Of a stretch of DNA of 64,000 nt, positions 38,896-51,214 are shown piece after piece. Every line of letters starts with the position of its first letter. Within the stretch, counting starts at the first letter, position 1. The DNA is from Podarcis liolepis. Lineage: Eukaryota. The stretch lies in NCBI GenBank assembly GCA_965112155.1, contig OZ218105.1; one strand, given 5' to 3'. Both the position numbers and the translations under genes were made by a program. The notes beneath the pieces are model-generated. The model was not told the origin of the DNA. It did no database searches and saw only the letters and a program-made list of their open reading frames with translations.

Positions 38896-39982
38896 TACTT
38901 TCTGTACCAAGAAATGCAAGCTGACAGTACTCGCCATACCCTGTTCCATTTACACCTGACTAAACCCTTTACACATTACCCACCCCCTCACCTATCCCCG
39001 CACAGCTTGCCACAAACCCTTTTAAAGGAGGGGCAGGCACTCTGGAAAATGGTTTTCTAAATCATCTCCCTCCTCCATTAAACCTTGCCATATCAATGTT
39101 TAATAGAGGGAGAGAAGCACCTCACAGAGCACTCTGCTAAACCATTCTGTGAAGTGCCTTCCCCCTCCATTGAACCTTATGCAGTTGCATTTAACAAAGG
39201 GTGGGAGGAGCTTCACAGAGCAGTTTGCCAAAGTGCGCTCTGCTTCCATGAAACCTCGCTGCGCACATGTGCAGCCAACCCTCCTCCACTATACAGTTCC
39301 AACATGCTAGAGTTGGTGTGGCCACCAACTGGCAAACTACAGCATGATTACAGCCTTACATTTTTATGTATAGAGGGAAATATAGGATGCTGAGTGTGAT
39401 GCAGGTAAAAAAAAACACCAAAAACTGGCTCAGTTCAAATAGCAATTTGAATTTTCCAGAGACCTACAATCTGCTGATTGTCAGATCATCATAAGTCCCT
39501 TTCAAAGCACTGTAGGGGGATTCTGTCGATGGCAAAAAGGCCAACTGTCTCCTCCCACCTCTCAAACTTAGCTCAGACTAACACATTTCTCCACCCCATT
39601 CTATACCGACGGGCAATGGCTCTCCAGGATTTCAGACAAAAGTCTCCTCCAGCCCTCTCAGCCCTGCTGGGGATTCAAGCTCGATTCTTCTACATGAAAA
39701 GCAGTTGCTTTGTTACTAAACTGCATCACAAACAATATTAGCCTGAAGAGGGCACTGTGCATATGTAGATGTGCACCTATATGGCTCCTTCAGGGGAAGG
39801 GGGACCTTTTTCAGTGTTATTGTTCCATGGAAGGAGTCTGTGCACACAAATTGACACCGATTGCACATCAATATCTAGTGAGACTGTCAGGACTCACTTC
39901 AGGACTTCAACAGATAAATCCTATGGTTGCATACTCATACGTCTGATTGAATTCAGTGAGCTTTACTCCTGATAAGCATGTA

Positions 39983-40220
39983 CAGTTATACCTTGGAAGT
40001 CGAACAGAATCCATTCCGGAAGTCTGTTCGAAGGCGTGGCTTCCAATTGGTTTCCGATTGCACAGACGCACCAGAAACAATAATGGAAGCCATGCCAGAC
40101 GTTTGGATTCCAAAATAAAAAATAAAAAAATTGAAAACCGAAACACTCATTTTTGGTTTTCGATCATTCAGAAGCCAGAACATTCGACTCCCAAGGTGTT
40201 CAGGAGCCGAGGTACAACTG
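39983..40220. mobile_element. Tc1/mariner-type MITE
   Basis: TA|CAGTTATACCTTGG...CCGAGGTACAACTG|TA. Confidence 0.8.
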
Positions 40221-40368
40221 TATATCATTGAAGTCCTAGGTCCCATTAATTTTAATGGGAGAGTCAAGCACACACCTATTGTGATCAATGAGGCTTTCAA
40301 ACTGCTTTGTCTAGGTGATGCCCTTTTAATTTGCTTTCCAGTATCCACCTGCTTTTCTAGCCTGATAT

Positions 40369-40403
<35 letters not shown>

Positions 40404-40487
40404 TTTGTAATTCTATACCACTTTTTATTTTTAATAAATATCTCAAAGCCGTTTGTCTGTTCCTTACTTGTCTTTGTTTGCTCCCAG

Positions 40488-40978
40488 TTTTAGTCGTGCT
40501 GTTTGCCGCAATGAAGCGGCAGAGGAAGAAAGAGCCCTTGATCATTTCCAAGGATGATGTCCGAGACAATATTGTGACCTATAATGATGAAGGAGGTGGC
40601 GAAGAAGATACTCAAGCTTTTGACATTGGTACGCTAAGAAATCCCGAAGCCAGAGAAGAAAGCAAAATGAGGAGAGATGTGATGCCAGAAACTATCTTCC
40701 AGATAAGGAGAACTGTGCCGCTGTGGGAGAACATTGATGTCCAAGATTTTATCCATCGAAGGCTAAAGGAAAATGATTTGGATCCAACGGCACCTCCTTA
40801 CGATTCTTTAGCAACATATGCGTATGAAGGGAATGATTCTATAGCAAATTCGCTTAGCTCTTTGGAATCACTCACTACAGATGGTGGCAACCAAGATTAC
40901 GATTATCTCAGTGACTGGGGACCTCGGTTTAAAAAATTGGCAGATATGTATGGCGGAGATGAGAGTGACCAAGACTGA
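40488..40978 (+). CDS. CDH9: Last coding exon: end of the TM helix and cytoplasmic tail with p120- and beta-catenin-binding regions, TGA stop
   Basis: cccag acceptor; [14 protein letters not shown] and [14 protein letters not shown] motifs; [36 protein letters not shown] matches recalled CDH9 rather than CDH6/7/10. Confidence 0.95.
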
Positions 40979-41710
40979 CATCCCGATCCAGGGATTCCAA
41001 GCGCAGATGAAAGGTTCCATGTGGTGAGCCAGATTTGCCCCATCCTTCTCAATGACAATGGCTCTGTGTGTCCAGCCCCAATAAATATCTGCAGAGCATT
41101 CCTCAAGGTTGTAGAGAATGGGAGCAATTCTACATAGAAGGAAGGGGCTTGCGTGCTTACACTGGAGACCAGGCAGCCTTGGATCATGGCCTAATAATAG
41201 CATTTTGTGACTTGGTCAGTGTTGATGGGATTAATGCCTCTGTATCTAGATAAAAGTGGCCTACATTCTCTTACTTGGAAAAATACAAAAATAGGTGTTT
41301 GTCTTAGTAAGGGTTTGCTTAACAAGTCTACGTGAATGAAACTGGTTAGATTTTATAATTGCTATTTTAAGACAAAACTATATTTCACCCTCTCTGCCTA
41401 AGATGTTGGAAAGAAGATACTCAGCACTTATGAAAAGATACCTAAAAAGGCTTTTTGTGCCTTTAATAAACAAGTTGGAAAGTATAACTTTTTTTCTAAA
41501 GGAACACTTTGCTTCACTTTTCCTACGGCTGTCTGGGACGATATGTACCCATCTTATAATCTGATTACACCTTAAAAATAAGAATGAATATTACTGCCAT
41601 ATTTATTGAGTAAAAGAATGTCTGTGTGTTGATTCATGATATTTTTATATATGTATATTTATATTTTTGTATTTTTATTAAATAAATTAGTATTGATAAA
41701 TGAATGGCTG
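40979..41710 (+). other. CDH9: Probable CDH9 3' UTR with candidate poly(A) signals AATAAA at 41465-41470 and 41681-41686
   Basis: AT-rich, apparently repeat-free stretch after the stop; U-rich sequence upstream of the distal AATAAA; 3' end approximate. Confidence 0.55.
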
Positions 41711-42166
41711 GTTTCATTTGCTCAGCATGTGGGACACTTGAGTCAATGATAGGAAATGCATATTTTAGCCTTTCCCAACCCAACCTAGTGCTCTTCACAC
41801 GTATTGGACTATGACTCCCACAGCCCTGGCCAACATGACAAATGGTCAGGGATGTTGGGAGTTAATCAACCAAATCCAAAATATCCAAAGGGCACCAAAC
41901 TAGGCTAGTGTGTTGTAACTATTTGTGGGAGGCAGGTTGCTTTTCTTTTCAGATATATGAATTAGATGTAAATAGTTCCTGTTCTCAGGACACCCCGAGA
42001 ATGATTGGACTGTGTTGTGGAACTCTCCACTTTGAGGTTTGTTGTCTAGCAGAGACCAATAACAGGTAGCAAAGCAGAAAGGATTTATTCTTGCACAAGA
42101 ATGGTGTTCCATCTACCTGTCTGTGCAGACAATTGAGCCTATCTGCAGGTCACATTTTTTTAAATA

Positions 42167-42408
42167 CAGTGGTACCTCGGGTTACATATGCTTCAGGTTA
42201 CATACGCTTCAGGTTACAGACTCTGCTAATCCGGAAATAGTGCTTCAGGTTAAGAACTTTGCTTCAGGATAGGAACAGAAATCGTGCTTCGGCAGCGCGG
42301 CAGCAGCAGGAGACCCCATTAGCTAAAATGGTGCTTCTGGTTAAGAACAGTTTCAGGTTAAGAACAGACCTCCGGAATGAATTAAGTACTTAACATGAGG
42401 TACCACTG
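42167..42408. mobile_element. Tc1/mariner-type MITE
   Basis: TA|CAGTGGTACCTC...GAGGTACCACTG|TA; inverted homolog of 27909-28150. Confidence 0.9.
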
Positions 42409-42547
42409 TAGTTTCCCCCAGTGGGTTTTTTTTCTGGGGGGACTCATTACTGGCACTTTTTTTTTTCTTAGAAGAAAAGCACTGGTTTTCCCACAATGTG
42501 ATACACACATCTTTGATTCCAACAGACCCCTGTGTGTCACCCAATAA

Positions 42548-42806
42548 CAAGAAGAAGAAGAAGAAGAAGAGTTTGGATTTGATATCCCGCTTTTCACTCC
42601 CCTTCAGGAGTCTCAAAGCGGCTAACATTCTCCTTTCCCTTCCTTCCCCACAACAAACACTCTGTGAGGTGAGTGGGGCTGAGAGACTTCAGAGAAGTGT
42701 GACTAGCCCAAGGTCACCCAGCAGCTGCATGTGGAGGAGCGGAGACACGAACCCGGTTCCCCAGATTACGAGACTACCGCTCTTAACCACTACACCACAC
42801 TGGCTC
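42548..42806 (-). mobile_element. tRNA-derived SINE, Squam3-like
   Basis: Reverse complement of 26860-27102 with a longer (CTT)n tail. Confidence 0.85.
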
Positions 42807-43502
42807 CGATTACAAGTGTCCCCATCCAGCTTGCCCCACTTTTATGCAATTTTTATAGCCAACCTTAACTATGCATTTTGGGATCTATATCTCCTCCACT
42901 AAGTCCTCCCTAACTTCCTTTGTTCTTCTAACTGTCAGTTAGCACAATCTACTTAACACATAACTCAGTCACAAGCTTCATCCATTCATTACCTTGCATT
43001 TAAGAGAGTTTCCTGTTGTTGTCTGGAACAAGGTGTTCAGAGAAGCAACTGTTAGCTGCTTACAAGCTGGTGTTGCATTTCTCAGGAACAGGCCCTAGAT
43101 TTAGCCTGGGGCATTTTCATCTCTATCTTAAGTATCATTTCCTCTTTAGCTCATTTCTTTCTTTCCTCCTCTCTCTTTGATATTAATATTTTATTTGGTT
43201 TCAAGATTCAACATTACATTTTGACACTCAATAATTATAATTCTGTTCTGCAACACTAACAACTTCCCTCTCACCCATCTTCGATGTTTAGAAGTCATTT
43301 AGCTAATTTCTCCTGACCAGAGTGCCTCTATTTTCCAACACAATTCCAACCCCCCTGTGAGGACAGAAGATCAGCTGACAATATTTTATCCTGCCTTTTC
43401 ACTATGTAGTTCAGGACCATACATGATTCTCCCTCTTCACTCCCCACATACTTTTATTCTCACAACCAGAACCTCTTTACAATTGAAGGCCCCAGAAACT
43501 GA

Positions 43503-43620
43503 GAGTTGTATCCAATGTTGCTTCTACCCAGAGTAGACACATTGATATTAATGGACTTGACTGATTTAGGTCCATTAATTTCAGTGGATGTACTCTGAGT
43601 AGACTTTAGGGATACAACCC
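43503..43620. mobile_element. Palindromic MITE, PIF/Harbinger-like
   Basis: GAGTTGTATCC...GGATACAACCC ends, internal CAGAGTA/TACTCTG and ATTAATGGAC/GTCCATTAAT arms; TGA/TTA flanks. Confidence 0.6.
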
Positions 43621-44323
43621 TTAATGTTCATTTGAGGCACATATTTTCCTCTCCTTTTCAGCTTGGGCAATGTCGATCATAGCCTCTTCCAAGTGTGATA
43701 TGTGAGACAATTGCCCATTTCCTTTTAAAAAAAAAAAGGTGTCATCCCTGTGAGGCAAATTGGACTGTGAGAATGTGATTAGTCCAAGGTCAAAAACTGG
43801 GCTTCAGTGTTTGAAAGTCACATGCTCTGAGACACATTCAGTTACTCGATGGGAGCAGTCTACATAATTGCTCTACTTAATGAAGAGGATGAAATCCTCT
43901 GGCTCCACCTTCAGAGTGGGTGGAACACTTTATGTTATCTCATATAAACAGCACACAGGCAGAATCAGAAGGCAGCAATGACCCTGCAGTAATCTTGCCA
44001 TAAACATCTGGGGTCCCGGTTGTCACGAGTGAAAATATTGGCCTAATAAAATACAGAAAAGCCAACAGAATCTTGGGAAAACATTACTAGTGGGCCAAAG
44101 AAAGGGGGGACAGCTCAAAGTGCTAGAAATTAGATTTATTCCAGGCCTGGCATATTTGGAAACAAGTCTTTCTTGGGGGAACATTTCCAGCAGCCATTTT
44201 TATAAATACATCTAATTTCTAGCACTTGGGAGTTTTTCCATTTCCCCCCTGATAAATTCTAGACCAGCCTTCCTCAGGTTAAACATGTGAGGAAGAAGAA
44301 GAAGAAGAACCTGTTTAGAGAGT

Positions 44324-45015
44324 CAATGGCATCGCAAGGGGGGGCAGGGGGGGCAATGCGCCCTGGGTTCCACGTCACGCTGCCGCATGTGGAGGATCCT
44401 CCGTTCGCAGCTGCAGCCACAAGCTGAGGATCCCGCCACTGTCCATACGGCATTCGAGCGGCGCTGGCGGCAAACCGCTATGTACGATGCATGCGCAGTG
44501 TCGCACACATGCACTGTGTGTAGCAACGCCACACATGCGCTGTACATAGTGGTTTGCCACCAGCGCCGTTGGAGCGCTGTACGGACAGCGATGGGATCCC
44601 TCCTCCCCAGCTCGCCATAAGCGGCTCCTGTTTTGCTGCTTTACAGTGAGCCAGGGAGGGGCGGATGGGAGCCACGGCTCCCCCTCCCTCCTTCCCTCCC
44701 TGGCTTGCTGTAAGTGGCTCTGGCTTTGCCAAAATTGAGCCAGGAAGGGAGGGAGGATGGACGAGAGCTGTGGCTCCCAAGAGGATGAGCTGCGCAGCTT
44801 TGCCAGTGCCTTGGCAAAGTAGCATAGCTCCCCCCCTTCCCCTGATGGCTCAGGGTACTTGGGAGTCATGGGGTGGGGGCACAGAGGCGTAGGAAGGGGG
44901 GCGGACATTTGGCGCCCACCCGCAACTCCCAAGCCTACCCCGAGCTGTTGATGTGGGGGGAGGGGTGACCCAAAAAAATCCGCACCGGGTATCACCTGGG
45001 CTTGCTACACCTCTG
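44324..45015. mobile_element. Non-autonomous hAT element related to 28990-29534
   Basis: CAATGGCATCGCAAG...CTTGCTACACCTCTG; TSD TAGAGAGT/TAGGGAGT; shared internal block. Confidence 0.8.
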
Positions 45016-45746
45016 TAGGGAGTTAGGGACATGCACACTGTCTGAACCCAAGAATGCCAGGTGAGCCTGTTCTGTTTCCCATCCTTTGTGCATTGATAGG
45101 AAGGTTTCACATGGACTGAACATGCTTAGAAGCTGTCTCATGATCAGAAACCTTGATAACTTGCTTGGGAGACTTTTTTTAGACCTTTGCACTAAGAATG
45201 TGGAAGTCAGGGATGGAGTGGATTAGGAGGTTGGGGTCAGGAGTATGGATGCCAGAAAATTCCTACAGAAACAGAAATGGTTGGTCTTTACTTATTTGTC
45301 CTTCATCCATAACAAAAATCAGTTCGGTGAGTACAATGGATGTCTGTCGATGCATACATGACTATGCTTCTCCCTCCCATTTGCACTGTGTTTCCTTTCC
45401 ATTGAAATGCATAGGTTGTCATAAAGTAATGACAACGTAACTTACAAACCTGAGTTATGGAAGTTATGCAATTTATCCACAGTGGACAGAAAGACAAGTA
45501 ACATAGTTTTTGGCAGAAGAACTGCAGCAGAATGGAAACAGTGCTGCGGGTGATGAATACAAGACAGAACAAAATAATAATAATCAATGTCTTCTGATAT
45601 CCCTAGTCAGGACACAACCTTTCCCCCCTGTCTGTTCTAGCTCAATGCTGTAATAGGACTAATATCCACTACGTAGGCTATGACACAGTTTATAGGTTGT
45701 GTGTATGAAACATTCCTTTCTCCCATACTTATGCCTTCAGCATGGG

Positions 45747-46473
45747 TTGTGAGAAAGACTCTCCTCCCTGCAAGAGAGGGGAGTGGTTGTGGCCGGGAGC
45801 CGGACTCCACCTCAAGCAGGGGGCGTTTGCCCCCTGCCTCCCACTCACCTGGCTGGCGCCCACGCCCTCGGCCAGGCACCGTTTGCGAGTCACCCACCCT
45901 CCACTCCCTTAGAGCAGGGTTCCAGTTTTCTTTTGGCCTTGCTATGGACCTTAGGTTGGTCGCCCTGGTTGTTCGGGGGGCCTGGTAGGAAATTTTCCAT
46001 TTGGCATTAGGCTTTTTGGTTTTTTCGCCTACCTCATAGCAATCGTCACAACTTTCGTGGTATTGGTGGGTAGGTTAGGCATTGGAATAATGTGTTGTGG
46101 TGTCGAAGGGCTAGGTGTGGCCATCGCCTGCGCCTTCAATTTTTGGGTATTCCGTTAAAGGAATCCAGCGGTCGTGTATTCTGTCCGATGCCTGCGTGGC
46201 GGGAGGCCATGGCACGACCCTCGGTGACATCAGGGGAGAGCTTGTAGTTGGATTAGCATCAACAGGCTCCACCTACTGGTGAATAACCCCCCCTTTTTTT
46301 TGACTCACCCCTCTCTGAGTGGGTGGAGTCAGCTGACGTAATCCAATGCCTAAGCCAATACCTTTTCACTTGCTGTAATCAATAAAGTTGTGGCCTTTTC
46401 TTGCCCATTAACCTTATATCACGTGTCCTTGTGTTTCATTCCACTGCGCGGGGTACGGGTCCTCGAACCACAA
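45747..46473 (+). mobile_element. TSD-less LTR-like structured element, copy 1 (possibly DIRS/Ngaro-derived)
   Basis: TTGTG...CACAA ends; AATAAAGTTGTGGCC at 46381; conserved blocks shared with two other copies. Confidence 0.7.
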
Positions 46474-48128
46474 TGCTGATGTTCAGACAAGTGTATTTTT
46501 TCTTCTCCACTGCCTCCATATATACTAAGCAGATCTCTTAATTCCTTCTATCTGGAAGATCTGGAACCACACCCTGGAGAAAAATCAGCTGGAAATTGGA
46601 AAGCATGAGGTGACTTTATAGCAAATTAGACTATTTGTCCATCTAACCCTTCAGGTTGTTTTTCAGCAGGTGAAGCTGACTCCTGGCCCATGAAAGGAAT
46701 GCTATGGGAAAATGTTCAAAATGGAATGTCCCTTTTTGTGGAGTTGAGTTGAGGAGAAACGGCATGATTTTTGTATGCCTGGCCATTGGGAAAAAGTTGG
46801 CCACACTACCCATAATTGAAATAAATATAGCTAATGGAAGCCATTGTCTTTTCTGTACTGGGCTGTATGTCAAACCTCCCACCCCTCTCATTTCCATTTT
46901 CAAGCAATAAGCAAATGTCAGCAATCCAAGAACGTCTGCAGCAATCCAATCTAATACACTTTTAAAGACTATTAAGCAATTAAAGATTTGTCACTAATGG
47001 CTTTTAAAACGAAGGGGAAGCAAAACAGGGAAACAAAAGAAGCTTGATACTCTAAAAATAGGTTACATGGTGTATTCCTTCAAATAAAACATCTTGTTAA
47101 CTTACACAGAAACATTTTGCTTTCATGCTTTCAATGATTTGGTGCTAATGAGGGATGCATTTCCTTAAAAAAAGAGAGATGATAATGTATATATTAAAAT
47201 ATGCACTGGGTTTATGAGATTATTAACCATTCACTAACTTTGCAAGAATAGGATTTCACACATAATGGAATTAGTGGTGCTGTCCTTTTCATTCAGTATA
47301 TTTGCTTGGTGGTGGCAAATGGATTAAAGTTGGCCATCTACAATTTATTATTATTATCATCATCATCACCATTATTATTATTATTATTATTATTAACATT
47401 TATATCTGACTTTTCTTCCAAGGAGCTCAAGGTGGTGTTGATGGTTCTTCTCCTCACTGCATCCTTACAACACTGTGTGGTGAGTTAGGCTATGAGAATG
47501 ACTGACTCACAGCCACCCAGTGAACTTCATGGCTAAGGCTGGATTTGAACCCTGGTCTACCAACTCCATTCATTCAGTCTAACTTAGCTCCAGTAGTGGT
47601 GGTTCTTGATCCATCTCTGACCACACAGAATGACTAGAGCAGCATTTTCAAACTGCTGATAACATCTGGACCACACTTCTAACCGAATTAAAATAATCAT
47701 CCTCACCTTCTCTCCTTTGGTTTGTTTTGGAACACCCCTAGGCAGGATCCCACAGGGTGAGGGCATATTTGGGTACATCTCTGCTTAAGGCAGCAGTACC
47801 CAGGTTCACCTCAGGCTTATGCAAGAGTAAGCCAGATGCTCCCATTGGGTCAAAGATGGTGCCACTGCTTCTCTCTGGAGGCCTAGCCTGGTTCAGGGGA
47901 TTCCTCCAAGCTGAAGCCACTTTATCCCCATCCACTCTGAAGTGAGGTCTTCCCTCTGCCAGCAGATCCTTCGCTGGCATGTGTAAGAATCCCATCAGTC
48001 TACACAGAGGTCGCATAGATGCTTATGCCACCTTGTTTGTTCACAGGCGCTTTGGGCTCATTTATTTATTTGACTTGCTGATTACAGGTAAGATCAATTT
48101 AGTGGGCAGGAATGGGGAATGTCTAGAT

Positions 48129-48266
48129 CAGCAGTTCTCAACCTGTGGGTCCCCAGATGTAGTTGGACTACAACTCCCATCATCCCTGAGCTCTGGCCTT
48201 GCTAGCTAGGGATGATGGGCGTTGTAGTCCAACAACATCTGGGGACCCACGGGTTGAGAACTGCTG
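48129..48266. mobile_element. Young palindromic hAT MITE
   Basis: About 60-bp near-perfect inverted arms; perfect TSD GTCTAGAT. Confidence 0.92.
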
Positions 48267-48300
48267 GTCTAGATGCTGCTGGATAACGACTGCCATCACC

Positions 48301-48780
48301 TGTCAGGCTGCTGGAAAAGCCCCTCCGTCTGTTGTCTGTAAGCAGAACCAGGCACAGAGCTTGAAGCAATCAACTTTATTGTTCAATAATCAGCACATGG
48401 CACATCAGATGAGCATTGCGGATGCTAAAGTTCCCTCCTCTCTCCTCCTCACTCATATACCTCCCTCCTTGCATTTTTTCATCATGACCGAGCTTTTCCT
48501 AATTGTTCTAGCCTTTTCTTGACCCTTCTTTCCTGTCCTGAGAGTGGGGGAGGAGAAGGAGCTGAATCGGGACTGTATTGGAGAGCAGGAGACACAGCCC
48601 CTTCTCCTTCTCTGTCAGCATCTGTGGCTACCTCAAGCTTCTCCCCTTCACTTTCACTCTCTGCTTATAATTCCTTCCTGTCCCACCAGTCTGAACCTGG
48701 TTCAAAGTCCCCTTCCCCCCTCAGGTACCTCCTGGACTGCTGGTGGCCACCACTCTTCCTCATCCAGCCAGTCCCTGATA
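48301..48780 (-). mobile_element. Solo LTR, 480 bp
   Basis: TGTCAGG...CCTGATA termini, 5-bp TSD TCACC, AATAAA on the - strand near 48375-48380. Confidence 0.8.
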
Positions 48781-49659
48781 TCACCCCCTCACCATTGACC
48801 ATGCTGCCTGGGATGGATTGCACTTGGAGTTCAACAACTTCTGGAGCAACCAGGTTATCTACCCCTAACGCTGGAGGAAGGACCATAGCTCAGAAGCAGA
48901 GAAGATGTTTTGTATGCAAAAGACCTCAGCTTTGTTCCCTGGCATCTTCACATGAGGCTTGGAAAGAATTCTTTCGATGAGTGACCTGAGCACGTATAAG
49001 GAAATCTCCTGTGTTTTATTATATGGAATCCAGCCTCGTCAGTTATTAAAATGCACAACACTGTTCCAAGCATGTTTCTCCTTGTCCCCATCTCTTAATT
49101 GGGATCATCGGGTAGTGGCAGAAGCATGGGTTGCAGGATGTTTCACCAAATCCATTAGGTTGCTTTCTCCTCCCTCTTCTGTTTGATGTTGGCATGAAAA
49201 AAAGAAAATCACTATTCCTGCCTTTGTAACTTCAAGACCTGGCTGTAATTCATCCTGAGTAGTACTACCTTTGAAGACAGTTCAGAGGCTGCAGCTGCTG
49301 TAGAATGCAATGGCTCACCCAGAATATTTGTGATGGGATAAAGAGCCTATAGCTCAGGGCTCCTTTTGGAGGAAGGATGCAATATTATAGATCGATTGAT
49401 CAATAGCATTAGTGTACAAGAGTGAGAAAATGCAAAGGAGAGGGCTGCTATGCTTTAAATAACATGTTGATCTAAATATATGCTGCACTCCCTAGCTGTG
49501 ATTCCTACATTGCTGAAGGGTCTTTGGGTCCCTTTCAACTCTACAATTCCATGATTATATTATTCCCCCTTCAAAAAAAGGCATTAGCTGGTATAAAACC
49601 TGAGTGTGGACTTCATTCAGCGATGACCTATATTCAGGTCAATACAATAACTGCATAGA

Positions 49660-49661
<2 letters not shown>

Positions 49662-49695
<34 letters not shown>
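49662..49695. repeat. (CA)n microsatellite
   Basis: Direct observation. Confidence 0.95.
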
Positions 49696-49698
<3 letters not shown>

Positions 49699-50425
49699 TC
49701 TTTTGCACAGCTATGAAAAGCAGAGGTGTGTTTTCTTTCCTGTATTATCTGCTCATCCAAGCATCCAATAATGCTTGGGTCTTATTTAAATATAAAACAC
49801 TATGAATGCTTCTATAGTGCTCTAATGGAACTGCTAGTTGTCCAATCAGTTCAATGGGTATCAGGGCTCTACAGGGGACAGGCATGAAGGAATCATGCCC
49901 ATTCAAGTTGGGTAGGATAACAAATCCACACAGCAGCAATAAAAGATGAGAAGACCAGAGGGAAGCACCAAAATCCAAGGTAAGGGAGTAAGGGCTAAAC
50001 TGCCCCAAAGCCAAAATGACGGGGAAACAGATATTAGAACCTCTGGTGACCCGAGTTGCTCAGATTAAGAAGAACCACCTGAAACATTAGAGCTTCGACA
50101 GGGATCGACTCATGAAACTCAGCTGCTATGCAACCAGTTGGCAAATGCCTAAGCTACAGCTTTGAAGCACAGAGTTGAATCTCTTGAGTTTGAAGTTGGT
50201 GCAAGTTGTAAGGAACGGGGGCCAAGCCGCTGGAAAGACTAGCACGAGATAAAACAAACACACCAGTACTTCACACTGAGTTATCTATAGTATGCACCTT
50301 TGAGGTCCTCTGAACGGCAAGCTTCCATAGGTTCCCTTTCCAGTTGAGCTTCAGGAGAAATGGCCCCTCTTTGGGCCACTTCACACACTATGCAGGAGCA
50401 AATATGGGTTGGGCAAGGTGCAAAT

Positions 50426-50821
50426 TGTCGAGATTCACAGAATGCTGTGTGAGATGGTAAGTCTGCAGGCTTGAGTTTGCTAGCTGATGCAATCAGCCTG
50501 CAATACTTTCTATGGAAGTGCTGGGTCAGAAAGACTCAGCAATAGTGTGCTGTCAGTTGATTGGCTATCATCGGTTTAATGGGGAAACCTGTCCAGCAGT
50601 AAGTGGGTGGTGTAGAAAAGTGTGGTCAGAGAGATAGAGATAGAAAGGTCTTCCTATTTGCCTTAAGGTGCAGCCAGGTACTCCGTTTGACTGTATGAAC
50701 TGGTCGTGTACTATAGCCTGTAGATATTTGTATATATAGCTCACAATAAATATACTGCACTGCACTGAAGAACCTGGAACTCTGAGCATTTCTGCTAAAG
50801 CGCCGCAGAGAATTTTCGACA
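50426..50821 (+). mobile_element. Solo LTR, 396 bp
   Basis: TGTCGA...TCGACA termini, 5-bp TSD CAAAT, AATAAA at 50745-50750. Confidence 0.88.
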
Positions 50822-50983
50822 CAAATATGGGTTTGGCAAGCAGCATGCACTCAACAGAGAGTTACGATGTTATCATCCAGTTATGATGTTCTCAGCACCG
50901 CTGTGACCGGGAGGATGACCCTGCCTCCACCCACCCACATCGTGAGCCACTATTGTTTTCTGAAGGTGTCAAATGCACCTGCA

Positions 50984-51214
50984 CAGTGGTACCTCAGGTT
51001 ACAAACTTAATTCATTCTGGAAGTCCATTCTTAACCCAAAGTGTTCTTAACCTGAGGTGCAGATTTCCTACATAGGCCTCAGGTGGCCCCGGAAGTGGAT
51101 TAAGTTCGTATCCCGGGGCAAAGTTTGCAACCCGGAGCACCGACTTCCAGGTTTGCAGAGTTCGTAACCCAAAGCGTTCATAACCTGAAGTGTTCGTAAC
51201 CCGAGATACCACTG
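50984..51214. mobile_element. Tc1/mariner-type MITE
   Basis: CAGTGGTACCTCAGGTTAC...GTAACCCGAGATACCACTG|TA. Confidence 0.85.

Noticed and set aside
38295-38975. Possible additional solo LTR around the MITE at 38659
   Set aside because: I could not establish TG...CA termini with a matching TSD.
45747-46473. Retrozyme (hammerhead-containing) interpretation of the structured family
   Set aside because: I found no conserved CTGANGA...GAAA core in the three copies.
47590-48060. Possible decayed coding fragment
   Set aside because: No motif I could recognise in the frames examined.
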